A DNA stretch of 64,000 nt from Sminthopsis crassicaudata (lineage: Eukaryota): contig NC_133622.1 in NCBI RefSeq assembly GCF_048593235.1, forward strand, positions 76,012,001-76,076,000, written 5' to 3'. Shown piece after piece: positions 39,853 to 53,561 of this stretch. Within the stretch, counting starts at the first letter, position 1, and each line of letters opens with the position of its first letter. The translations under genes were made by a program, and so were the position numbers. The notes beneath the pieces are model-generated. The model was given only the letters and a program-made list of their open reading frames with translations. It ran no database searches and was not told the DNA's origin.

Positions 39853-40022
39853 AAGTTACACATGATGCAGACTGGGCATAAGCCCCATATTTTGGATCAA
39901 ACTAAATAATAAGATCTACTTTTTGTGTTCTAGGCCTATAACAATGGCCAACTCATCGAATATTTTAAGTTACATATACATAATATGTCCAAAAGTAACC
40001 ACATTTTCCTTTTTTCAAACTT
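39853..40022 (+). repeat. Direct repeat copy B flanking exon 7
   Basis: aagttacacatgatgcag...atattttggatcaaactaaa...ggccaactcat...atgtccaaaa. Confidence 0.85.
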
Positions 40023-40024
40023 GA

Positions 40025-40620
40025 CACTTATCAATGAGAGCTAAATTATCCACATTCATCATCTCTTTGTCCTTTTCCATTCCTGACTTATGCCACATAC
40101 CCAGTCATTTGCCAAATCATGTCATTTCTACCTCCATAACATTTCTCACAAGTCATTTCCCTCACTGTAACATCTTTAGAAAGCTCCTTCTCTTCATTCA
40201 AAATCAGGCCTTTATTACCTCTCATCTAGACTTCTGAAATATAATCTCTTAATTGGGTTCTCACCTCAATTCTCTGCCTATGCCAATACAATTTCCAAAT
40301 ATCAGACAGAGACCTTTCTAAATTGCAGATCTGATTATTCATTTCAAATCCCTTAACCATCATATCAAATCCAGTGTTGCTAACACTAGCATCAAATATA
40401 AACTTTTTATATCTGTTTGTCACTTAAGGGTCTTTCCATTTAGTTCACATTTTTTCTAGCTTTATCAAACACTACTACTTTCTCTGAACTCAAAAGCACA
40501 GCCAAATTAGCTTTCTTCCTATTCCTTACCATTCTCATTCCCTTTAGGATGTGTTCCCTTTCTACCCACACTTCCTAACTTTCCTTTTCCTCACCCACCT
40601 GCCAGGATGTCCCCTCCAAC
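40025..40620 (+). mobile_element. LINE-2 3' region
   Basis: gccaaatcatgtcatttctacctccataacatttctc; tcaggcctttattacctctcatctagact; ttaattgggttctcacctc. Confidence 0.65.
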
Positions 40621-41043
40621 ACTGACCTTGTACTAATCTAAAACTCAACCCTTTTAAATAGTAAACTTTCAAAAGACAGTAGTTATTTTGCTGTTGTCTC
40701 TATAACCTTCAAAATACAAAAATTACTGACTTGGTTGGTACTTGTTAGCTGATTAGCATGGATTTAGAGGCACTTGATTTCAAAGAAACAGTCTATTCCT
40801 TGTTGTTTATATTTAATCTCTCTTTCATTCTTTTAATGACCCAAGACATCATTGTGAATAGTAGAATAAAGTAAAAAGATGCTGACAGTAAGGAAAATAG
40901 CTATGTATAGTAATCAGTGCCATAGAAGTGAATCAGGAGATCTGTGTTTAAGTACTCTAAGAAGCTGTGATATCTTGTATAAATCACTTTACATCCCTAA
41001 GTCTTAGTTTTCTCATATATAAAATGAAGAAACTGAACTAGAT

Positions 41044-41243
41044 CAGAGATTTTTAACCTATTCTGTAATATGAATCCATTTGGCTCTATGGTGAAACCTA
41101 TGCACTTTTTTTCCAGCATCATCTTTTTAAGTACAGAAAATTAAAAATACAAGATTGATAATGGAAACCAGTTACATTGAGAGCTCTGTCTAGTCTCTCT
41201 TTTTTCTTAAACAAGCTTAAAAATTTCAAATTAAGAACCCCTG
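41044..41243 (+). mobile_element. hAT-Charlie-type MITE inserted in a MIR
   Basis: Termini cagagatttttaacc / ttaagaacccctg; degenerate 8-bp TSD aactagat / cactaaat (6/8). Confidence 0.7.
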
Positions 41244-42842
41244 CACTAAATGATCTAAACTGAATTCTGGAAAACAAGCAAAAATTTTATGGCACAGTTT
41301 ATAAAAAATAAAACTAAATCTATGACCATTACAGATTTATGGCCTATATTATAAAGGAATTGAAAGATTAGTGTAGCAAAACATCTGCCTATTAAAGAGA
41401 GTAGTGAGTCTGAAAAAGAATGAAGGCAACTCTCTGCTTCTGAATGACCAACCCCAGCATTTTCCCAAAGTAGCACCCATTCATAAATCTGCCATTTTAT
41501 ATTTTGCAAACACTGTGTTCACTCTTGCTGAATGGTGTATGTGTGTGTGTGTATATATACATACATATGTATGTATACATACACTAATAGCTTGATACAT
41601 ATATAACACAATTAAAGTCTATCGAGGAATGACAATTAATTACTTCTTACTAGATGAATATGTACCATATCAATTTGAAATATATCTCAAAAAAGCTGGA
41701 GGCACTGGTAAATTGATATTATTTAGTATTTTAAACTACCCCTACCAATAAACTTATTTTACTTTTCTCTTATTTATGTTAACAAAAACTGAAACCCCAT
41801 ACTGCCCTGAAGTGTATGTTAATAACAACTTTTCCTTAGAATTTAAGCTCCAAAAGAATAGGAATTATGTCTTCCTTTTCTAATCAATTTCTGAATAGAA
41901 TAATGTTCAAGATCATGAGTACTGTTTTAAATAAATAATATTTGATGAAATTGAAGGGGAAGCATATGAAAGATCAACTAGAAATACTGAAATACACTAA
42001 TTTCACATACTTTGATGAATTTTTTTCTTTGTTAAGAAAAAACCCTGATCTCTGAAACATCAAAATTGGCTCCCATATAAAGCACCTTAATAAGGGCGAT
42101 TAAAGTTTCTGTTAACTGTCCCTATGTATTAATGGAGATATGTAACGTGAATGTATTGACATATGTTTAAAATTAGAATTTAGAGACTAATATCCTCAGG
42201 CTTTCCATATGATGCTCTCCACATACAGAATGGACAAGCTGCAAAATCTCAACCTTCTCAGCTGATCCTATAAACCTCATCATTATGTTTGAGTAAATGA
42301 AACATTGTGTTGCACGGTCAGTATAACAGATGGTCCCTGTCTCTAGTTTGTTATGTTTTTATTTTACTTTTTAGAAAATAACATGCACACAGTCTCATGG
42401 CTTATGATAAAAATGACCTCAATTTAAACACCAAAATAAATTCCGCTTACTGGTTTTGACATTTTAAAAAGTAGTCCTGTTAGATTTTTCTCCTATTGAT
42501 GAAGCAAAGCATATCAGAAGAAGAAGCATTATGCTCATTTAAGCTTTGATCTTGTTATTATTTCTGATGGTGTTTACTTTATCCATTCATAGTAAGGACA
42601 GAATTCTGGACCTTACTTCCAGGAATCACTTGTGGATGTTATTTTATAGTTCTCTTAATGGAGCTAAAGATTTGTTAGCCAATAAGCTCTCTGACATGCA
42701 TCAAATCGCTATTAACTTTGTGCAGTACAATTAACTACTAAAAACTAATTCAGTGTTTAACAGCCACTTTAATTGGTGCTTTAGAAGGAATGTTTTTTTA
42801 AAATATTTTATTTTTCCCCTAACAAAGAAACAATTTTTAACT

Positions 42843-43205
42843 TTTTAAAGCTTTTTATTTTCAAAATACATGCACGGATAATTTTCAAACATTCATCCTT
42901 GCTAAACCTTGTATTCCAGATTTTCCCCCTCCCTTTCCCCCACTGTCTCCTCTAAATGGCAAGTAATCCAGTATATGTTAAACATGTGCAATTCTTCCAC
43001 TCATATTTCCATAACAATCATGCTGCACAAGAAAAATCAGATCAAAAAGGGAAAAAAAATAAAAGAAAACAAAATGCAAGCAAATACCAACAAAAAGAAT
43101 GAAAATGCTGTGTTGTGATCCACAATCAGTTCCCACAGTCCTTTCTCTGGATGCAAATAACTCTCTTCATCACAAGATCATTGGAACTAGCCCGAATCAT
43201 CTCAT
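42843..43205 (-). mobile_element. Relatively young 5'-truncated LINE-1 3' end, nested in an older L1-like tail
   Basis: aaagctttttattttcaaaatacatgcacggataattttc...ggcaagtaatccagtatatgttaaacatgtgcaattcttc...atgctgcacaagaaaaatcagatcaaaaa; older tail remnants at ~42795-42842 and ~43206-43330. Confidence 0.88.
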
Positions 43206-44719
43206 TTTCAACATTTTTTTTAAATGTCAATTTCTAATTTGACAGTCAAATCTTGAGTCCCAAATTCTATCCCCTCTCCTCCCTTTTCTCTTCCCTAAGA
43301 CAATAAGCAATGCAATCATATAAAACATTAGAAGGATATATTTCTAAAGAATTGTAACAGGTCTTTAGCACCAGAATTTCCATTGACCTTAAAGAGTTTG
43401 TCACATGTTATTTCTTTATGTATCAATCCGGAAATCTAAAAGAGGTAAAAATCACAATATAGGTAGCCAGGTGGTATGATATTATAGACAGCCTTTGTGT
43501 AGTAACGTCTTACTTATATATTATAGACTCAGCAACTAACAAATCTCATTGAGTCCAGCTCCCTCCATTTGCAGCCAATGAAACTGAGCCCTAGAGAAAA
43601 ATGATGTGATTTGTCCCAAATCATACAAGTTAAGTAGCAGAACCAGGATATATATCCACTGCTTGTTGTCTTTATTAGTTAACTCTTAGTTATCCATGTC
43701 AATGATGGACTATCTGGGATATCCTAAAATGGCCTACAATAATGAGGATTGGTGAAAATCACAGATGCTCCCTACTCAGGTGTATTAAGATTTGGAGCCT
43801 GTTCTCTATAGCAGTGTCTGATATCATGTGCAGTGTCCATGGCACTGCACCAGCTTGGGGCCAAGGGCCAATGTAGATGTGAATTTAGAATTAGAAATGT
43901 AGCTAATTTACCGTATTGATTACTTTTCATTTATACTCACGTATTGTACTCATGTATTTCTTAGGATTTGTTACACGCTCCAATGTAGTTTACATTAATA
44001 TTTTATAAATCCAATTTTTAAAACCAAATTGACAAGCAGACTCACATAAATTTACTTAAAGATACCCTACAGGGATATTTATAGGGGAAAAGGGGCTACT
44101 GCAGGTGTCTGGTGAGCAAATACATTATCAAATTAGATAACATATGTAGGCAGAGATTTTGTGAACCTTAAAAATGTTATATAAATACCATCTATTAGTG
44201 TCATCATAATGTCTCTCTTTATCCCCTGGCCTACAGCTAAGCACTACTATAAATGATTGTTTGATTTGCCTATGTTTCCTGAGTGTGTAGGCTGGATATC
44301 CTCATGCAGGCCTCAGGTGGTGAAGGCCTCAGCTGCAAGCTCTGCTATTTTTTATATATCTTAAAGACTGTCTGTCTGAAGTCTTATAAAATCAGAAGGA
44401 GATGATGGAATCAGTAATGAATCCTAAGGCTTTTTTCTTACAAAATAAAGATCTATATTATGTCCATTCAATAGATCATGCACAAACGACTTGATATAAA
44501 AAAAATATTCTCTGTTGTTTCAACTTAGAACTAGGATCAGTGAGTGTAAATGGAAAAAGTAAACTCAAAAAGGGACAATTTTTTAAATGCTGAATTGTTC
44601 AAATGAAGGAATGGTCTTCCTTGAAGTGTTCTGCTTAAAAGGGTCAGAAGGACATTGGACAACAACCTGCAAGGATTGCTGTAGAGTGGATTCCTGTATG
44701 GAATGAGTAGTTCAATTAG

Positions 44720-44998
44720 GTTGGGGGATCTCAATCATTTTTGTGTCATGGATCTTTTGGCAATCTGGTAAAGCCTTTTCTGAACAATAATTTTTATTCT
44801 TTTAAGTACATATAAAAATAGTTTGTGACACTCATTTTTATGAGATTTTTGATGAACAATGTTTTTAAAGGATTGAAGGAAGAGCTAAATTTGTTAGAGA
44901 TGAATGAAAATAGATAATTTCTCCATCCAAGTTCACGAACTCCCTCAACTCTATCCAGAGTTATTTTGGTAGTTGTGGACCTCAGGAAATTGATCATT
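44720..44998 (+). mobile_element. hAT-Charlie-type MITE
   Basis: tttttgtgtcatggatcttttggcaatctggtaaagcc...tttctccatccaagttcacgaactccctcaactctatcc...gtggacctcagg. Confidence 0.7.
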
Positions 44999-47257
44999 TC
45001 TACTTTTATGTTTGTCAGGGTTGCTGGAGAGAATGACAGGCTTGGAGTCAGAAAGACATCTTTTTGAGTTTAAATCTCATGAGTCAGAATTCAAATGTAT
45101 ATGAATTTATACTACATTTTAAAGGGAAAAAAACCTAGTTCACTCTTAAAATCCATTTTACTGCTCACTTTAAAAAAACAAATTTTTATTACTTGGGAAA
45201 ATATTCTCCTACCAAATATATAAAAAAGTAATTCCTCCCTCAGAGAATGTCATTTTTCATTGTCACACTTCCTGTCTAGTGTCTTATTTCATTTAATACT
45301 AGAACTAGAGTTTGAGAGATGATTGCAGTTTTCTTTCTGTTTCAGTGGGTAAGTAGCTCATGAGGAGATATGGGAATATGGAATATTCTAATTCCGACTT
45401 TCTACAACTTTAAGTACCTTATTTAATTTCAGGTAACTGCCTCACTTATAAAGATAGGTAGTTCAAAGGATCCTTAATATGGTATTTCTGAAATATACAC
45501 AAGGCTTATTACTTAGTTCTTATGAATAATACCCTGGTCACAGAAAGATAGACTGCTACTGTGAGAAGGGGTGAAAAATAAATTGTTTTTCCTCAATTAA
45601 TTACAAATAGTGCCCCAATTTGTAATAGACAATTTCTTCCCAGTGCTAATTTCAATTTCTTGCAATTTAATTTGGAATTTGGTTTCATTTTTTCAAAGAA
45701 AAATGCACTTCAAAGAAGTGCTTTTATTCTATCATTTAATGCATTTAAGATGCCAGCAATCAGTGGGAAGATAGGGAGAGAAGTTAAAGAATGTGACTAT
45801 TTTCACAGATTTGCAATTCCTCTTGTTAAATTCAGATGACTGGTCCATGCTAAGAAAATATCATTTAGGGATCTCATAAATTTCATCATACATAGTTTTT
45901 TGATATGTCTGTGTTAAAAGCAGCTTTTAAAATCTGATTAAACATAAACAACTTATAAACTTCTTTTTCAATCGAGAAATAATGATTTTATTATCTTATT
46001 CAGGATACTCCAAACAGAGTCCTATCTGTCACAGATTTTCATAATCATTTGCCACAAAGCAGACATATTTTCAGCCATCATGAACAATCACATCATTTAC
46101 CATTCCTTGGGATCTATAACTCTCCTCACACTTTCAAGGTATCTAATTTCTACCTTTTGCTAATGTTGCCACTCTACAGATACAGGCATATATAATGAGT
46201 ACTATTTAAAATGAACATACAAGACATTTGTTCTATTTCTATGCTAAATTTTTCTAATATTCCACATGCTGAGATGAAATGGCTAGTAAATAGAATTGAG
46301 AAATAGAATAAATCACCCTGATCCCATCCTGAAATCCTTAGGTCTTCTGACCATAAGATTGATGGGTTAGTAACATGAGAGTTTTCTCTATTAAATGTAT
46401 AATCCTTTCAACAGTATGTGCTCACTATCTGACTTGTGATAATATTCATGGAAGGAATTTTAGACTGTTAACAAATCCAAACATCTTATTTAAAGATTAG
46501 GAAACTTGAATTACAGAGAGGCTGACTTGCCCACAGTAAGCACCTGAGTCAATATATGAACCCAGTCTTCTTGACTCTAAGTGTAGGGCCCTATTCATTA
46601 TAAAATATAAAATGCTTCATTTGCTCATAGTTGATCTTTCTGTGTCTATCTTTGTTTCTGTGTTTCTCTGTCTCTTTCTTTCTCTTTCCCTATTCTATAA
46701 GGGTACTCTTCCCTTATTCTTCATATCTTTGCTTTATGTATTGCCTCTTCATTAATATATAAGATCTCTAGGATTATAAAAGCTGTCTTCTTTCCTTATA
46801 TTTGTATCTCAAGTGTCCCAAATATATTAAATGCTTAATAAATTCCTATTCTTTATTTTTCTCCATGGTGACTGAGTTCTATTCATTCTGAACTTCTATA
46901 AACTAATCCTCTGCCAACTATTTTGTTTATATCAGTAAAAAGAAGTGGGAAAAAAAGAAAATCACTTCAAATATTCAATTCAAATTCTAATGATCATGTG
47001 CCTCTTATCAACAATAGTATTTTCTGAAACAAAGGCAGCCAAGAATAATCATGAAGATAATAAAATAGTCACTATTTTAGAACCTCACTTATGAAACAGA
47101 AATTTCAGTAACTACATGTGAAACAAATAAGTAAAGCAGGGATAGGGAATTGTTTTGTTTTGTTTTGTTGTTAAATTCTTCCCTTAAAGTAGTCAAAAGC
47201 AACTTTATTTAGTCATTCTAAAGAGACTAGTTTTTGAAGAGCTCAGTCTATCTAGGT

Positions 47258-47439
47258 TTTTTTCTTTTTCTTTCCTTTTTTTTTTTTTTTTTCTTTCTTT
47301 TGGTTGAGGCAATTGGGGTTAAGTGACTTGCCTAGGGTCATACAGCTAGGAAGTGTTAAGTATCTGAGGTCAAATTTGAACTCAGGTCTCCTGACTTCAG
47401 CACTAGTGCTCTATCCATTGTACAACCTAGTTGCCCCCA
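47258..47439 (-). mobile_element. WSINE1-type SINE with poly(A) tail and TSD
   Basis: T-rich tail, then tgaggcaattggggttaagtgacttgcctagggtcatacagctaggaagtgttaagtatctgagg...acctagttgcccc; ATCTAGGT at 47250-47257 and 47440-47447. Confidence 0.9.
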
Positions 47440-47740
47440 ATCTAGGTGTTTTTTTTTTTTTCTGAAGAGACATTTAACAAGGGAGGGAGTACTAAATAAA
47501 TACAAAAATTAATTTGAAAATATACTGCAATTTCATGTTTTGGCCAGCAATGGGGATAAGAATAAGAAAGACCAAAAAAAAAGAATGGAAAGGTAAAGAA
47601 AGAGAAATGAGATAATGAAAGAGAAAACAAATTGATAGAGAAAGGGGTTGGGAAGGACCTGTATTCCCAAAAAGGAAGATAATAATAGGGGGGAATGGAA
47701 AAAGAAAGGAAAAAAAACCCTTAAGTTTCAGAGTCAAGGC

Positions 47741-47762
47741 TATATACATACACACACACACA

Positions 47763-47810
<48 letters not shown>
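47741..47810. repeat. (CA)n-(GT)22 compound microsatellite forming a palindrome
   Basis: Perfect 32-nt palindrome at 47750-47781; strict Y/R alternation across 47741-47810. Confidence 0.95.
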
Positions 47811-47811
<1 letters not shown>

Positions 47812-48399
47812 TTGTATATATACAGAGAGGGAAAGCAAGAATGAGAGAGTAAGAGCAAGAGCACACTTTGTAATGTTTATATGTCGATGAGCTTCCCGTC
47901 ATTCCTTTTTGCTTGCTAAGACAAGTGTTCAATGTTACTTAATTTAAATAATCATTCATTTAGGACCAGCAATGCATAATTTGCTTAGCTACCACATTCC
48001 TCCTTTTCAGGTATCTTTGCTTATAATATAACCATGTCTCAAATATACTCCCCCTTTTTCCACCCTGCTCATCCAGGCTTTAATTCATCTTCTCCTTGCT
48101 TCACCTCATACCTCACACCTGTAAAGCTTTCTCCCCTTCTTTGAAACTCCTATGGCACATTCAGTCTTTCCACATATTTTGCATTTTTAAATAAAATTCT
48201 GCCTACATGTAATTTTTACCACACATTGCACAAACTTTACTTGGAGAGGACCTGAGATCATATCTTTCAGACTCCTCATTTTAAAGATGTTGACTGACAT
48301 ACATAGATGTTCAATAACTTGCCCAGAATCACACAGGTAGAAAATGATGAAGTGTGAATTTCAACCCAGACCTTCAGACTCCAATCCAACATTTTTTAT

Positions 48400-48610
48400 T
48401 GTACCACAAAAATTTCTTAAAAATATTAGGACTTCTGAATATGGAAATATGTTTAGAAGAATTGTACATATTTAACCTCTATCAGATTGCTTGTGTCTTA
48501 GGGAAGGAGAAAAATGGTGGAGAGGACAAAAAAAATTGGACCACAAAGATTTGCAGAGGAGAATGTTGAAAACTATCTCTACATGTATTCAGAAAAATAT
48601 TATTTAAAAT
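48400..48610 (+). mobile_element. LINE-1 3'UTR fragment
   Basis: agaagaattgtacatatttaacc...ggaccacaaagatttgcagaggagaatgttgaaaactatctctacatgtattcagaaaaata. Confidence 0.8.
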
Positions 48611-48704
48611 GTTAACTCCTCAATATTTTTGAATTGACTTTTAAGATGATAATTAGATGGTTAATTACTATCTATAAACTTGACTTGAGAGCTTTAATTT
48701 TTTT

Positions 48705-48945
48705 GTTATTGTTGAATTGTTTCAATGACACCTAACTATGTGGGACTACATTTGGGGTTTTCTTGGCAAAGATACTGCAGTAATTTGCCATTTTCTTCTC
48801 CAGCTCATTTGACAGATGAAGACATTGAGACAAATAGGGTTAAATGACTTGGCCAGGTTTTCACAGCTAGGCAGTCTCTGAAGCCAGATTTGAACTCAGA
48901 AAAATGAGTCTTCCTGACTCCGGGCTGCCACAGTGTCACCTAGTC
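48705..48945 (-). mobile_element. MAR1-type SINE
   Basis: atttggggttttcttggcaaagatactgcagtaatttgccattttcttctccagctcatttgacagatga...gaagccagatttgaactcag. Confidence 0.85.
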
Positions 48946-50149
48946 ATGCCATCTCTAGTTCTACAGCAGCTTTTTTTTTTTTTTTTTTTTTGGAATGAGA
49001 GAGCCAAAGTAGTTCATCTGTCTCAAAAGACTGATATTGTATAGGGAGAGACACAACTCTGACAAGTTGTAAAGTGCCTTGTAAATAAAGTTAGTTATTC
49101 AGCTTGATTTTCTTTTTGATGTCTGAAAAGACACAATACCATCTAAATCATCTTGAATTAGTTAAAATGCTATGAGAGGGGATATCATGTAATGAAGAAT
49201 TACCCTCAAATCTGAGTTCAAGACCTATCTCTGACACATTCATCACGCAATTCTAGGCAACTATCTGAGATTATAAAATACAGAAATGGTGCCAACTTGC
49301 TTTGGCAGAGGGGGTTTTTGTATCCAGGGGTTACCTATACCACTGAAATCACAGGCCCAGGCTCAAATGTAAATGTGTAGAAAAATCTTTTCATAATTCG
49401 TTCCTCCTTTTCCTTTTAACTTTCAATGATCTTCAGAGAGGCTCAATGTGAATAATTTAAGAAAAACAAAATTCCTTTCCATCAATTCTGAGTGTCTGAA
49501 GCGATAAATAATTTTAAAAATTATGTAAAAAGGCATTTATGTATTCCTTTGATTTGTCTTTTATTTCTTTTTATCTTTAAAATGAAGCGATTAAAATTAC
49601 TGAGAATTTAATTACAGTTTCTTTAAAAAAAGTATCCTGGTTTCAAGGACGTCCTTTTAAAGAAAATATATATTTTGCTCTTTTAAAATTTTTATTTCTC
49701 CCTCAAATGTAGTGTTATCTTTGTCTAACTATCCACTACTAATAAAGTTTAGACAGATTTCCTAAGTGATTACTGAATTAAATTCATATGTAGTTAATAA
49801 GTCTATCCATTTTCAGTCTAGTGCTTGTTTCTACTTTATTTTGTAAGGTATTACCAGTTATCGTGCTTCATTAAATCTTTTGGAACAACCTCAAGTATAC
49901 TACAGGACATATTGCCTGATTAAGAGTTAATCACACACAGTGAAACTCAGTGCACCTTGTTTTTCCTCTTTTAGTAGTAATTTCCAATATTAAATCAATT
50001 TATTAAGCTAATAACCTCCAAGATATTTTATGAAAATATCATATCTGTTTTCCCACATGAGACAGATGAATCATGTGAATCAAGGGGCCAATCAATATTA
50101 TTTCAATCATTTATCTCATATATAACCTCTTTGAGAAATTTGTTATAAG

Positions 50150-50873
50150 TATTTTCTTTCCAAGTTAATTTTTTTACTTCAAATTCTAACAGCATTAATT
50201 TGGTGCAAACTTTTTCAAATCTATGCTATCAAATCAGCCATTTTACTTAGACTTATTTCTATCCTTTATTTTGTCAAGATGTCTTCCCCTATCCACAGTT
50301 GTTCCTCTAATTTGTTTATGGCAAGACTTTAAACACTCTTATATGTGTATTTGGAACTTATTGTAGACTACAGGGTGAAATTGGTTTAAACCTAATTTCT
50401 GAAACCTTGCTTTATAGTTTTTCCCATCATTTTAGTCAAAGAATGAATCCTTACCCCAACAGTTGAGGTCTTTGGTTATTCTGCTTCTATGTCTTATTTA
50501 CCTAACACATTTTAATGATCAACTTAAAAAAATTTAAGCAGTATGTGCCAAATGTTTTTTGGAGTTGTTTGATTTTTTAAAATTTCACAATTTTTAAAGT
50601 TTCATTTCCAATTTCTTCATTTTGTTCTCTATTTTCTCTTCCTCTTAATCTCTCTCCTTTTAAAATTTCACTTTTCTCTTACTTCATTTCTTGAGGTAGT
50701 CATTGTTAAGTCTTTCTTTTTCCTGAGACTCTATTGGTATTCCTTGTGGAATTACTTTTTTTTTTAGTTTACCTAGTGGGCTTCTCTTAACTTAAAGTAT
50801 TTCTTCTTTGTATTTGGAGTTTTCTTTTGTTATACAGCTTAATATTCTCAGTTTTTGTATTGTACTCAGTTCC

Positions 50874-50920
<47 letters not shown>

Positions 50921-51530
50921 TTCCATCTTCCTATGCTTTTGTATAGAGTAGATAAGTCCTGTCTATTCCCTCTGTAATTAGATTGCTGTCAGAAACTTTG
51001 GATGGGGTTGCTGCAGCCAGTTCCTACTACTATGTCTTGGTGACCCAACAGACTTCAAATCTGTCTCCCTATCTGAGGAATTACTAACCAGGAGTTGGCT
51101 TTACCTTCTGAGAAGCCCTGACTTTGACCTGTTGGTCGGAGATCAACTGGTTTGAAAACCTCTGACTTTCAGAAAGTGTGCTACTCTGGGGTTAAAATGG
51201 CCCTCTCTTTTTGCTCTAACAAGGGCATTAGTTTCTGGAAGGGCCCTAAAAATATACTTCTCCAATCCCCCATTTCTCTTCTCAATGACCCATGGAAGTC
51301 TGACTCCATCCAACTACCTACAGGCCTCATTAACTAGGCATTGGGCTGGCTTTTGGAAAATTCCCACATACATTCACACTCACAATCTGGCTGTTTTCTT
51401 GTATTGTCCGATACAGCATGAAGGAATTTACTGTTATTTAACTCTGCTTATACTGATCACTCTTTCAATTAATATTTATTTTTTTTGGTCTGAGGAAATT
51501 GAGCTGGCTAGAACCTTTTGCATTTATTCA
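50150..51530 (-). mobile_element. Old rearranged LINE-1 fragments containing an A40 run (50879-50918)
   Basis: L1-like ttggtttaaacctaatttctg...gctttatagtttttccca; ORF1/5'UTR-like sequence to ~51530. The homopolymer was counted directly. Confidence 0.5.
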
Positions 51531-51971
51531 GCACTAATTAGTGTCAGGCAACATGCTAGGGATAAAAAAAGCAAAAATAACACCCTTCCCTGCAATTTTC
51601 CCCCAAAAGACCAGCCTCTGCTCTCACAGAGCTTTTAGTCTAATGGGAAAGATAACACAAAAATAAATATGTATAAATCAGAAATATACAAGATAAATTG
51701 GAGATAATCAAAACCACTGCAGCCAAAATAATTACCTTCCACAAGGAATTTAGGGTTAATTTTAATAAGATGTTATATTAATCTATGTATAGCATCTAAT
51801 AATAAAGTAAATGCATATCAATTTAGGAAACAAGTTGTTTAAATTTAATAAATTCAAGATCTAACACCACATACACACTAGCAGAAAGTAGTGAAGGTGA
51901 TCATCAACTGAATCTACTCTCGCACTATGGCAAGATCAGTAATTACATTTTAACAGCATTTACTGTCATAT

Positions 51972-52217
51972 TGGAGCAGCTAGATGTGGAGTGAATGGAT
52001 AGAGAGCTGGGCCTGGAGTCAGGAAAATTCATCATGAGTTCAAATCCAGCCTCAGAGACTTAGGAGCTGGGTGACTCTGAGCCAGTCACCTAATCCTGTT
52101 TGGCTCAGTTTCCTCATCTTTAAAATGAGAAAGAGAAGAAAGAACGTGGCAAATCACTCCATTATCTTTGCCAAAAAAGCTCCAAATAGGGTCATGAAGA
52201 GCCAAAGAGGAATGAAC
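51972..52217 (+). mobile_element. MAR1-type SINE
   Basis: ggatagagagctgggcctggagtcaggaaaattcatcatgagttcaaatccagcctcag...ggcaaatcactccattatctttgccaaaaaagctccaaatagggtcatgaagag. Confidence 0.85.
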
Positions 52218-53561
52218 ATACACTGCATACACTGGTGCAGTAGGTATGTGATTGTACTAGAAGCAACAAATGTTTGGATAATAATTAATGACTTATTTCT
52301 GTAAGAGAATACATATTTCTTCCATTACAAGATGAATTTACTATAAACTAATACAATAATAATACACTTTTGGTTGTAGTAAGAAAATGTTAGTAATAAA
52401 AGATGCTTTAACCATGGTACAAAAGTCATTAATTCTTACAGTAAATTTCCCTCACTCTTGAAATTATTAAATATTCAAATAATTGCAACACTTCCCCCCT
52501 TACCATTGTTACTACTGAAATCAGAAGACTGGAAAAAGGCTAAACATCTAAGGGTCATGCAAAGGTAACAGTGTTCTTATTTGTTATTACATTATTTTAA
52601 TGGTTTCAGGTTCCATGAAAATCCCATGGAAGACTGTTGGGCACATAAAACAAAGCTTGGTGAATTTGCACTGTTTAACCAGGAAAATATATAGTATTCA
52701 TTAACACAGATTCCTTTTACAACTAAACACAGTAGGGAACTACTTGAACTCAGTTCTATTCTTTCCCTATAGAATTAGGATCAGGTTTGATTTAAGGATT
52801 ACTGTAGTGCTTTTAAATTTTTTTAAAGGTTCATAGAAACATAAACTTAGAAACAGATTCCATGGGGCAAAATTTCTCTGTCGCAGAACATCTTTTTTCT
52901 TCTTCTCCAAAACAAGTCATAGTGAAAGTTAGCGGTCCTGAATGGTGGCAATGAGAACTGAAAGATCTTGTAGTCAATGTACTTTTTGTATTGCATTGAG
53001 ATCTAATGTCTTTCTTCCTTTAATATTTTTTCCATGTAAATTAGAGTATATTAGCAGCACAATGCAGTGAATGATGCACTCAGATTTAGAAGAACTGAGT
53101 TTGAATTTGTCTTTAGATATTGAAAGGCTGTGTGACCGTGGGTTGTGACTGTGGGTACATTATTTAAGCTCTTCCAAGCTGAATTTTCTCTTCTGTAAAA
53201 TGGGGACAATAAAAGCATTTTATTACAGGTTGTTATGACGATTAAATGGGAGAGAAAAAAGTGCCTTGTGAAATTTATAAAAGCTACCCATGAAGATGAT
53301 GAGTTTACTTGAGTTTAGTGTTTGGGGGACTATTAAAACAGGCTACCCTTAAGGGGCTTTCTAAAAGGAACCAAGAGGCTAAATGAACATTTTGTTTTCA
53401 GGATGTATCTATACATAAATTGATCAGGCAGAACTGAAATAATTTAGATTGAGTTTTTCCATATTTTATATTCCACATTTGCCATCATTTAAGAGGACAG
53501 GTGAATTGAAATAAACATCTAATTATAATTGGGTCAGTTATCCTATTTAACAAGAAGTACT

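Noticed and set aside
47492-47932. 146-aa ORF with an HT repeat
   Set aside because: Translation of the CA/GT microsatellite.
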